From positions 11,484 through 75,483 of IMG/VR virus record IMGVR_UViG_3300050013_000065: 64,000 nt of DNA; one strand, written 5' to 3'. Below, in pieces: positions 38,565 through 46,303 of the stretch (within the stretch, counting starts at the first letter, position 1; each line of letters begins with the position of its first letter). Below the pieces are notes generated by a model. It ran no database searches. It saw only the letters and a list, made by a program, of their open reading frames with translations, and was not told the origin of the DNA. The stretch is from a virus. The translations under genes and the position numbers were made by a program.

Positions 38565-38889
38565 TGCTGTCTCCAGAATTTACTGTCACGTCGGGACCAA
38601 ACATAGTCTTCGTTGTTACTCCGGCTGTAAAAGGACCCGGGCCTTGCTCTACTTCTGGGACTGGAAATTCGAACGAGATTCCCTCGTATTCGGCTTCCAA
38701 CTCCTGGACAAATTCTCGGAGATCCGTGTGCTTGACGTAGGGAGATTTGCGGACCCACAGAAGCTCCACAGCAAATTTACGATAGTCTCTGGGGGCAGCG
38801 TCATTGCGAGCTAAGTCGCGGAGGGTAGAGTCGGGGAGGGGGTTAAGATGGCGGTACCCATCTGAAAAAGGATCGGCTATTTTTGGCAT
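38548..38889 (-). CDS. Hypothetical protein
   Basis: GAGGA RBS before ATG 38889. Confidence 0.6.
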   Translation of the reverse strand: MPKIADPFSDGYRHLNPLPDSTLRDLARNDAAPRDYRKFAVELLWVRKSPYVKHTDLREFVQELEAEYEGISFEFPVPEVEQGPGPFTAGVTTKTMFGPDVTVNSGDSNATSG

Positions 38890-38913
38890 TGTTCCTCTGG
38901 GTAGATACAAATC

Positions 38914-39190
38914 GCAGACCGTAGTAGAAAGTTAAGATCGGACGTTGCCCGGTTGGAGTCGTAATCTGACTACGATAGTAGAGGTCATCTAAAATCTTGT
39001 CGGAGCGACCCAACCTGCCCAACCTGCCTCCTCGCTCATTCAGGGCTAGTGAACGATTGGATTGGCTGGTTCTCTTGCGGTCTGCATACGTCCATTATCT
39101 GGACAAACTTGGGAGGCCGGGACAGTTGAAAGGAGGAAGAAAGAACTGTCCCGGCAGGCTGTCCTATATTTATGAAGGAGGCGGACAGCC
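38914..39190 (-). ncRNA. Candidate structured non-coding RNA
   Basis: Intergenic. Two GC-rich hairpins with CCTCCTT loops, a 15-bp motif hairpin, and a branched domain closed by GCAGACCG/CGGTCTGC. Confidence 0.5.
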
Positions 39191-39193
39191 GAT

Positions 39194-39415
39194 CTAACGA
39201 ACTCTGGTGTTCTTGTGTGCGTTACGAATGTGTTGGTGGAAATACGACCCGGGACTATCCGCTTGTTCAAGTCCGTCTATAAGTTCTTGCGGCACTTGGT
39301 GGTAGGCCACAGTTGCACCATTCAGAACGGTAGTCAAGCGTTCTGTATCCGGGTCGTAGGTCGATCCTTCGTGAATCTGACTGCTCTTCTTCTTGAGTTT
39401 TAATGGGCGGTCCAT
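39194..39415 (-). CDS. KTSC domain protein
   Basis: YDPDTERL...Y.QVP.E...L..ADSPGSYF...IRN. Confidence 0.8.
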   Translation of the reverse strand: MDRPLKLKKKSSQIHEGSTYDPDTERLTTVLNGATVAYHQVPQELIDGLEQADSPGSYFHQHIRNAHKNTRVR

Positions 39416-39588
39416 TACTTGCCTTTTGCGATCTTCTTCATGTTTTGGGCAAAGACGGCTTTCTTGGCCTCAGCGCCTCCGGCTTTCTTACCAGCCGCAA
39501 TCTTCTTTCCGGTGGCCTTGCCGAAGGACCCTATCGTGCCCTTCTTCTCCATTTTCTTCGTAGCGTTCTGAATCCATTTTTCGGCCAT
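39415..39588 (-). CDS. Small Lys-rich protein (57 aa)
   Basis: MAEKWIQNATKK...KKAVFAQNMKK; AAGGAG RBS; promoter upstream. Confidence 0.65.
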   Translation of the reverse strand: MAEKWIQNATKKMEKKGTIGSFGKATGKKIAAGKKAGGAEAKKAVFAQNMKKIAKGK

Positions 39589-39611
39589 GTTGTCTCCTTT
39601 GATTTAAGAAC

Positions 39612-39640
39612 ATTGTACTACAGTTTGGTGGGTTTGTCAA
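39612..39640 (-). promoter_or_regulatory. Sigma70-type promoter
   Basis: TTGACA-17 bp-TACAAT. Confidence 0.7.
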
Positions 39641-39750
39641 CACTTTTACGGAATTTTTATCCAAAAACCAGGAGAGTACTCATAGACAACCCCTCGGTGT
39701 GCTAGGAGCGGTCGAAAATCATCAGGAAACCTAACCAACTTGTCCATGAA

Positions 39751-39957
39751 TTATTTCAACTTCCAAAAGAGATTAGCTACGTGCATCAAGCCGGGCTCCC
39801 CAAATCCAGACCATGTTTCTTTCGCAAAATCCGAACCGTTCATTCGAAATAGCACAAACTCGGCCAGAGTGTTTTCAGGAGGAGGAGACTTCCAATATTT
39901 AGTTAGTCCCTCTAAGTTTGGGGGAAACTCTGATTTTTCAACCACGTGTTTGTCCAT
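39751..39957 (-). CDS. Small hypothetical protein
   Basis: AAGGAG RBS; the ATG is supplied by a 15-bp motif variant. Confidence 0.5.
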   Translation of the reverse strand: MDKHVVEKSEFPPNLEGLTKYWKSPPPENTLAEFVLFRMNGSDFAKETWSGFGEPGLMHVANLFWKLK

Positions 39958-40093
39958 TATTCGGACTCCTTCTTCGGAGTGATATTCCAGACCCATCCAG
40001 AATTGCAAGCAGCCAAGTGCTCCAAAGGAATCTGGTTGGGCGGGTAGATCACACCCTCTTTGTAGATTCTCGGAACTCCATCAGTTAGCCGCT

Positions 40094-40207
40094 TCATTTC
40101 TTCTTGGTCTTCTTTGCTTTCTTGGGCTTGGGTTTAGGTTTGGCTCCGTAGTACGTCGCGGTCGTGCTGGGCATTGATGGGCCGGTGGTTACTGAGGCGT
40201 TAGGCAT
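40094..40207 (-). CDS. Small basic peptide (37 aa)
   Basis: GAGGA RBS; poly-Lys/Pro tail; promoter-like TTGCAA-16-TATAAT at 40321-40294. Confidence 0.45.
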   Translation of the reverse strand: MPNASVTTGPSMPSTTATYYGAKPKPKPKKAKKTKKK

Positions 40208-40338
40208 TGGCGAAATCCTCACATGAGAGTTTGGGCTTCCGGGGACCGCGGTGAGGCGCGGCCCCCTTCAACCGTTTGTTCGAACATAGTAGTATTATAT
40301 CACACTTTCGTGCAATTGCAACAACTATTTTCGAATTT

Positions 40339-43300
40339 TTACGATGACGACGTTTCTGACTGCAAACGCTGCTTGTTGCGTCCATTATCTGGACGGGTCG
40401 ATCATTTCTGTCGGCCTCATACGGTTTCGTTTTCCGTATGGTCGGACTGTTGCATACTCTTTCGAGTCTTCTTCGCTCAGTCTCTCACGGTCTCTTTCGA
40501 GTTCCGCCTCGTCACCATTTCAGGGTTCGAGTCAATCAGAAGAAGTTTAGGCTCCGCCGCTGCTTTAACGGAGTGTCATCGTGCTTCCCGGCACATGTTA
40601 CTCATTCTAAACATCTTAGAACGGAGTAGATCGTTTCCGTCTACTTCATACGGTTTTTGTTTCCCGTATGCTCGGACTATTGCATGTCCATTATCTGGAC
40701 CCGCTTCGCTTAGTCTCTCAGCCTGCTTTCGCTTGGCCCTCCTTGGCATTTCAGCGTCGGAGTCAATCAGAAGTGGTTTATACTGCGCCCGTATGTTAAC
40801 GCAGTGTGTTGGTGTAGCGCACATTGTAAGAAACCCATCCGCCAATTTGGCGAGCTGGATCGCTCACGCTTCCCTGCTCAGGAGCACTCTGAATAAACAG
40901 CTTATAGTTCTTCGAGCCGTCATTCGGGTTCTTCCCGCGTATGTTACTCATTCTAAACATCTTAGAACGGAGTAGATCGTTTCCGTCTACTTCATGCAGT
41001 TACTATTTCTGCATGTCCAGACTATTGCATCGTCCATTATCTGGACGCCACTTCGCTTAGTCGTTCACGGTCTCTTTCGAGTTCCGCCTCGTCACCATTT
41101 CAGGGTTCGAGTCAATCAGAAGTGGTTTTCCTACGCAGATTACGCTGCGAGGTCCCCGGAGTTAAGGAACACAGAGAAGATAGCATCGTCGCCGAAAATG
41201 TAACTATTGTAATACGTATTGCCTGAAATAGTCACAGTGGGGGCAGTGGATGTCTGTTTGAAAGTAACACCCGCGAACGAGATGGTATCCTCATTCTTAG
41301 GCAGTTCAAACAGCATGTTGCGCATCTCGTCGCTTCTCTTGATGATGTCCGACAATCCGTTGAAGGAGGTGTCGTTCAAAACATCTCTGACAACATTAGG
41401 TAATTTTGTTAATCGGAGTTTTTACTTCCATCCGTGGTGTTCCGAGATTAGAACGCAGGGTGTTGCCTCGTTCAATAAATCCCCGGTCTCCCATGGGTGA
41501 CCCACTCCGTACAGGTCAGTCACCTGATCTGTTTTCTTACAGTCGCCTGTAAGTTCGGACTCTATCTTCGCCGTCCATTTTTCGGACGGGTCCGGCGTAT
41601 TAGTCTCTACGGGTTTGCCTTTGCGATTCAATTCTTTACAAAGAGAAATAATCTCATCTCTGCGCTCCATGCTTCCGAATCTATTCAGTTGCACATATTC
41701 TAACAACAGAGCCGCTTGTCTTTGTTTTATCTTCAGATGAGGTATTATGCCCTTCAACAGAACTTCTTTGCTTTCGTTTCCGAGAGCAACCCAGGTCCAT
41801 TGGTTCTTCCACTTTTTCTTAGCCATAGGTCTGAAATAAACGGTACCCCCAAATTTCTCCAATAACCAATCTAGAGGTTCTTTGGTGGTAAGACTCATGG
41901 ATATTCGGGAGTCCCGGTGTATGTAGGGCTTTCCCTTTGTGGATATAGAACGACCGCGAGATTTTGTTTTGTGAGACGTGGCCGCTATGTGGCCTTCTCC
42001 GTCTATTAGTCCCGCTGCGTACGCAAAATCTACTTCTGAAATAATTGAATCAGGCATCTTCCCTCGGTATTGTCTGGAATTTCACTACAACAAGTCTATC
42101 ACAAACGACAGAAATTGTCAACCAGAGATTCACCGATTTAGCCAGATTTTATATCCACCCTATATACGGCTTACGCCGCTTGGTGATAGTTTTGATAATG
42201 GATAATTCCACCAAATTTGTTGTCCACGAGAGGACGAGCGTTGACGCTTACCAGCGACTGAGCAGCAGACCGGATGTTATTCGCGGTCAGATACGAGCCG
42301 TTCGCAAGCTGGATGTTGACCAAGCTATCGACCGCAACAGCCGAGTCAGCGGTAAGCTGGACCAAGGAGTTGAGGGTGAGGGCTAGGCGGTAGTTTAGTT
42401 CGTTCCTTTTTGTTACCGTCCAGATAACGGGCGGGGCTGGTCATTTCTGCCAGCCTCTATACATCGCTGCATAGAGCGGACTATCGCATCACCCCGAAGG
42501 GCGTCCTCTTGTTTAGTCTCTACTGCTGCCCAGCCGAAGCCTGCTTGCAGTCTGTTGTCTCCTTGCGGAGAGTTCCAGCTTAATTAAAGAGGATTTATAC
42601 TGGCCCATTGGGTTAAGCCAGATTCTGCAATAAACCCGGGTCATCTATCGCGACATCCAACGCTAGGTCAGATGAATTGATGAAGTCGGCATATTGCCCG
42701 CAATGTGTTTAGGCAACCAACATCACTGTTGGTGCGCTCTCGCAGTCGCCTACGAGGTCAGACTCTATCATCTGTCCGTTATCCGGACAGGCAACCGTAT
42801 TAGTCGTTAGGGATATTCCGCGATGATTTAGTACTCGAAATTTTTTGATAACTTCTCGGGTCTCATCATCAGAAAGATTTCTTCGGTTTCGAAACCAGTC
42901 AAGTAGGAGAATAGCTTGCTCTCGTTTAGTAACCATATAAGGCAAAATAGCTAAGAGAGTAGTTTCCAAGAATCGGGTCGGTAGTACCCAATTTCCTAGT
43001 TCACGATGTTCTCTTTTGGAAGAGCTTACGCTGCCGCCAAACTTTTCAAGAAGGAAATCGAACACTCTCATGTCCGTATTGGGAAGCTGAATCTTGGGGT
43101 CGAAAGAACGTTTTGATTCATACAAACTCAAAGTTCCTTCGGCGTCTAAAATTCCGGCTAAATATTGATAGTCGTCCTTGCTCGCTGTAACTTCTTCTAC
43201 ATCTCTGTGCATTCTTTTTACTGGCTCAAAAAATCCGTTCCTAAAAGAAACGTAATCAGACAGTTCTTTTCTAGCATCAGAATTGTGGTAGCTTCTCCCC

Positions 43301-45011
43301 CCCAATCCAATAAATTGAACTATCGTTTCTCCTTGTCTCCGTTTCAACTTCAGAAGAGGGGAAACCATTTTCAATAGATTAAGTTGGTGTTCAGAATTAC
43401 TCACATACCAATGATGATTTGGTTTACGATTTGGACGCTTATCCTGTGTCGTGTAAAATTGTCCTCCGAAAGTATCGGATAGCCATTTTACCGTAGGCAG
43501 GTGCGTGGTCGCTACTTCTACCGTTGCATCATAGTTAATGTAGTTTTGTTCGTGCGGGTGGACTGCTATTCCCAAAGAACCATCGCCGTCTATTAAACCG
43601 GCTAGGTAGTTCCATCTTGCGGGGCTTATTTTTGTCTTATCTTTCAAACGGGTTTCCTCGGTATTGTCTACTCCAACTACTATACTACTACACCAAGTAG
43701 TATTTTGTCAAGCAGATGTTCACCGATTTAGGCTGCTTTTTCGACCACCGATATATTCATGGTCGCTACGATCTTGTTGCTGGACTCGCTGATGGGCGAT
43801 CCAACGGTTCCCTCAGCAGCCTGATTTAGGTTTGCTGCGAGCAGAGCGTAGGTGAAGACTTTTGTGTTTAGGCCGTCAGTATCTCTACTGGGGCGCTCTC
43901 ATCGTCGCCGATGAGAACAGGCTGTATCTTCGGTAGGTTGAGATAACGAATTACATCGCACAACTTCTTGCGGAGTTCCCTATTCGGAGAACTAGGAAGA
44001 CGAACAAGCTCCAAAGCGATCTTGGCTTGCGGTCTCTTGATTCTTAGGTAGGGAAGAACTTGGAGGAGGAATTGTTCCCGCCTTTCTTTTCCCGTCAACT
44101 CCCAAGTATAAAACTCCTCGGTGTTGTCGTGGGCCTTTGTCGTATGAAACCAACCTCCGTAGAGATCGAGAAACATTTGGACAAGGGGGCGGTAGTTGTT
44201 TCCCATCCGAATTCGTAGCATCGGTTTATTGTCTGGGGTGAAGGCGGCAGATACGCAACCTTCTCCGTCCATAATTCCGGCTATATACGCATGTGTTAGT
44301 TTATCTTCAACTTTTCCGTCTAGCGTCTCAGTCGTTAGGCATTCCCTGTTCTTCATTCCGCGAATCGTTTCCATAAGCTCTTGGCGTCTGGAAGGATTCT
44401 GTGCGTCTCCCAAGCTATAGAACTCCTGAAGTACGAGAGCCTCAGCTTTTTTGATGCGAAGATACGGAAGAATGTATGAGAGGAATTCGGGGGCAAACTT
44501 TTTGCCGTTGAGGTTCCACTGGTACCAAACCTGCCCTTTCTTAGGGGTGTGTTTGGTAAAGAAGCCACCGAAAGTTCTAACCAGCCATTTGACTATCGGC
44601 AGATTAGTATTACTCAAAACAATGCGTGGTTGGTAGTTGGTGCAGGGGCCGTTCGGTTTAACTGTTGGTTTGTAAATCGAAAAGCAACCCTCGGCGTCCA
44701 TCAGTCCGGCTACGTATGCTTTTGTTCGTTCTCTCATAGGGTCTTTGCTCGGTATTGTCTAGTTGACAAGATAAGAATACCACACCAGCATTCTATTGTC
44801 AATAGGGTTCCACCGATATAGCTAGATTTTAATTCAGCACTATTCAATACTGAATCTGGTTTCCCTGACGGAGCGGCAGCGGACGCTGCTTCGTCATGCT
44901 AAGGAAGGGTGTTTGTGCCTTCAGGTTAGGAATTGCTTCACGTTCATAGTGAATAGCTACGAGGTTGGGCAAAGCGCCCGAAGTCACAATTGATGCAGGT
45001 GAGTAACTCAT
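40339..45011 (-). CDS. Major capsid protein (N4-gp56 family-like), 8 exons: 45011-44849, 43858-43759, 42700-42616, 42404-42198, 41400-41165, 40937-40799, 40591-40568, 40368-40339
   Basis: AAGGAG RBS; exons sum to 984 nt (327 aa + stop). Motifs RPLP..QG..IQFF.Y, AEG, IGQYADF...SD, GIIHP, DP..QIGGW. Lies directly downstream of the scaffold gene. Confidence 0.88.
40369..40567 (-). mobile_element. Group I intron 7 of capsid gene (199 nt, no ORF)
   Basis: P1 CUCCGU/GCGGAG with U.G at the 5' site; P7 GACUG/CAGUC; ends in G. An alternative in-frame 3' site 3 nt earlier is possible. Confidence 0.85.
40592..40798 (-). mobile_element. Group I intron 6 of capsid gene (207 nt, no ORF)
   Basis: P1 CUGCGU/GCGCAG; P10 CCG/CGG; P7 GACUA/UAGUC; ends in G. 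Confidence 0.87.
40938..41164 (-). mobile_element. Group I intron 5 of capsid gene (227 nt, no ORF)
   Basis: P1 GUUCCU/GGGGAC; P3 CCACUUC/GAAGUGG; P7 GACUA/UAGUC; ends in G; the CT|C junction restores Leu. Confidence 0.87.
41422..42057 (-). CDS. Single-motif LAGLIDADG homing endonuclease (intron 4)
   Basis: YAAGLIDGEG; IIPHLKIKQRQA. Confidence 0.9.
   Translation of the reverse strand: MPDSIISEVDFAYAAGLIDGEGHIAATSHKTKSRGRSISTKGKPYIHRDSRISMSLTTKEPLDWLLEKFGGTVYFRPMAKKKWKNQWTWVALGNESKEVLLKGIIPHLKIKQRQAALLLEYVQLNRFGSMERRDEIISLCKELNRKGKPVETNTPDPSEKWTAKIESELTGDCKKTDQVTDLYGVGHPWETGDLLNEATPCVLISEHHGWK
42093..42121 (-). promoter_or_regulatory. Intron-internal sigma70 promoter for the intron 4 endonuclease
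   Basis: TTGACA-17 bp-TAGACT with TGn, between the P and Q core elements. Confidence 0.65.
42405..42615 (-). mobile_element. Group I intron 3 of capsid gene (211 nt, no ORF)
   Basis: P1 CUGGCU/GGCCAG; P3 UCCUCUU/AAGAGGA; P7 GACUA/UAGUC; ends in G. Confidence 0.87.
42701..43758 (-). mobile_element. Group I intron 2 of capsid gene (1058 nt) with LAGLIDADG ORF
   Basis: P1 CGACCAU/GUGGUCG; P3 GCAGCC/GGUUGC; ends in G; the AT|C junction restores Ile. Confidence 0.87.
42709..43647 (-). CDS. Double-motif LAGLIDADG homing endonuclease (intron 2)
   Basis: YLAGLIDGDG and YLAGILDAEG. Confidence 0.92.
   Translation of the reverse strand: MKDKTKISPARWNYLAGLIDGDGSLGIAVHPHEQNYINYDATVEVATTHLPTVKWLSDTFGGQFYTTQDKRPNRKPNHHWYVSNSEHQLNLLKMVSPLLKLKRRQGETIVQFIGLGGRSYHNSDARKELSDYVSFRNGFFEPVKRMHRDVEEVTASKDDYQYLAGILDAEGTLSLYESKRSFDPKIQLPNTDMRVFDFLLEKFGGSVSSSKREHRELGNWVLPTRFLETTLLAILPYMVTKREQAILLLDWFRNRRNLSDDETREVIKKFRVLNHRGISLTTNTVACPDNGQMIESDLVGDCESAPTVMLVA
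43868..44737 (-). CDS. Double-motif LAGLIDADG homing endonuclease (intron 1)
   Basis: YVAGLMDAEG and YIAGIMDGEG. Confidence 0.92.
   Translation of the reverse strand: MRERTKAYVAGLMDAEGCFSIYKPTVKPNGPCTNYQPRIVLSNTNLPIVKWLVRTFGGFFTKHTPKKGQVWYQWNLNGKKFAPEFLSYILPYLRIKKAEALVLQEFYSLGDAQNPSRRQELMETIRGMKNRECLTTETLDGKVEDKLTHAYIAGIMDGEGCVSAAFTPDNKPMLRIRMGNNYRPLVQMFLDLYGGWFHTTKAHDNTEEFYTWELTGKERREQFLLQVLPYLRIKRPQAKIALELVRLPSSPNRELRKKLCDVIRYLNLPKIQPVLIGDDESAPVEILTA
44774..44802 (-). promoter_or_regulatory. Intron-internal sigma70 promoter for the intron 1 endonuclease
   Basis: TTGACA-17 bp-TATTCT with TGn, inside the P5 hairpin. Confidence 0.65.
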
Positions 45012-45038
45012 TTAGAGATACTCCTTTGTTGTTAGTTT

Positions 45039-46214
45039 TTAGCGCCGACTTTGAGCACGTGCCCGACGAATAGCATTGAGGGTGTTCGCAACTTCTTCGT
45101 CTGTCATGTTCTCAAAATCCTCGGCTGAGGGTGCGTTCGGAGACTCCGGAGGTTTGACGGGTGTTACGTCATTCCTGCCAATTCCTAGTGCCGCTCTCGG
45201 GCGCGTAACCTGACTTACAATCCGTGAGTCGGGACGCGGCGCAGGTGCCGGTTCGTGTTGAACCGCTACCGGCGGAGGGGGTTCCACCGTTTCCGGTGAA
45301 GGTGTTTTGGGTTGCCTTGGTGCCTGAATCATCAAACCATCGTTGTTCAGGTCTTGGAAGGCTTCCTCAAGATTTTCGGCTGTGTAGTTTCCGGTGGAGA
45401 GTAGATTATTGAATACCGCTTCTTCATCTCCCTTTCGGATTGATTCACCGAGTTTGAACTTCGCTAGCCACTGAAGTAGCAGGTTGAAGTTCTGAAAATT
45501 TGTGTCCGCATAATAGTCGGGGTTATTCGCCAAGAAGGTTTTATTTGCCTGCTCGGCAGTAAGCTGATTGGCCGCGTACGATCCTTGCTTTGCTCCCTGC
45601 TGGGCGAGGTTCAGGACTTGGTCCATAGTCACCCCGCGAGTTTTTTGGAGTAAGAAGTCGTTGGCGGCTGCTGGATCTGACTCCCACAAAGTCCGGTATT
45701 CAAAAATCTCGTCTGCGGTGAGTTGCCGGACAGGAGACGGCTGAGGGGTCTGTGTTTGTGCTACTGGCTTCGCGGGAATAGCTCCGAACTTGATCTTGGC
45801 ATTCTGCTCCCGAATCTTCTTGGTAGCATTTGCCTGAGCCTTTAGAACTTCCAGAATCAACTTGTTCTTGGTAGCTCCTTTGTAGACTTGGGCGCTTCCC
45901 GCGCAACCTACGACCGAACCAACCCACACTCCTTTGTCTTTACTCAGGACTAGTTGGGTACCATCTTCGAGGTCCATTGTTTCTGGTTCTTCTGGTTCCT
46001 CGGGGGGTGGGGGCGGACCTGCTACAGGAGGAGTCTCGATAATTTCCGGGTCTAGGTTTTCCTGAGATGTGAGAACTGGATCTTGGTCATTAATATCTTC
46101 GTCGAGGTTGGGAAGATCGGGCATATTCCAATCTACGTTGTTTGCGAATGGGTCGGGGCTTCCGTCAGAGTTCAGGAGCCAGGGGTCAGATACAGGCTTA
46201 CTCATGTTGTTCAT
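45039..46214 (-). CDS. Capsid scaffolding protein (putative)
   Basis: Acidic, Pro-rich N-terminus and FENMTDEE... C-terminus; immediately upstream of the capsid gene. Confidence 0.65.
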   Translation of the reverse strand: MNNMSKPVSDPWLLNSDGSPDPFANNVDWNMPDLPNLDEDINDQDPVLTSQENLDPEIIETPPVAGPPPPPEEPEEPETMDLEDGTQLVLSKDKGVWVGSVVGCAGSAQVYKGATKNKLILEVLKAQANATKKIREQNAKIKFGAIPAKPVAQTQTPQPSPVRQLTADEIFEYRTLWESDPAAANDFLLQKTRGVTMDQVLNLAQQGAKQGSYAANQLTAEQANKTFLANNPDYYADTNFQNFNLLLQWLAKFKLGESIRKGDEEAVFNNLLSTGNYTAENLEEAFQDLNNDGLMIQAPRQPKTPSPETVEPPPPVAVQHEPAPAPRPDSRIVSQVTRPRAALGIGRNDVTPVKPPESPNAPSAEDFENMTDEEVANTLNAIRRARAQSRR

Positions 46215-46303
46215 TCCTCTTGATATAATCCAATATCAACGGGTAGGTGTTTAAGGAAAAAGTATACGTTATTTCTTAGTGGAATTGTCCATTATTCGGA
46301 CTT

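Larger units (their letters stand above)
41401..42197 (-). mobile_element. Group I intron 4 of capsid gene (797 nt) with LAGLIDADG ORF; apparent terminal A
   Basis: P1 AUCCAU/GUGGAU; P10 CCUA/UAGG; core GAGACUAAU / GAUAGAGUC; the junction restores IIH|P. Confidence 0.82.
43859..44848 (-). mobile_element. Group I intron 1 of capsid gene (990 nt) with LAGLIDADG ORF
   Basis: P1 AUUCAGU/GCUGAAU; P3 UCUAGC/GCUAGA; ends in G; the T|TC junction restores Phe. Confidence 0.87.

Noticed and set aside
40223-40975. 250-aa + strand ORF and other short ORFs over the capsid locus (40200-42386)
   Set aside because: They are antisense or read-through products of intron and exon sequence. The internal repeats come from shared intron blocks.
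41422-44737. LAGLIDADG ORFs as inteins or free-standing genes
   Set aside because: There are no intein splice residues (N-terminal Cys/Ser, C-terminal His-Asn), they are not fused to the capsid exons, and they are embedded in group I core elements.
40339-45011. Stop-codon recoding as the explanation for the fragmented capsid gene
   Set aside because: Other genes are full length in the standard code and use all three stops. The interruptions change frame and have intron structure.
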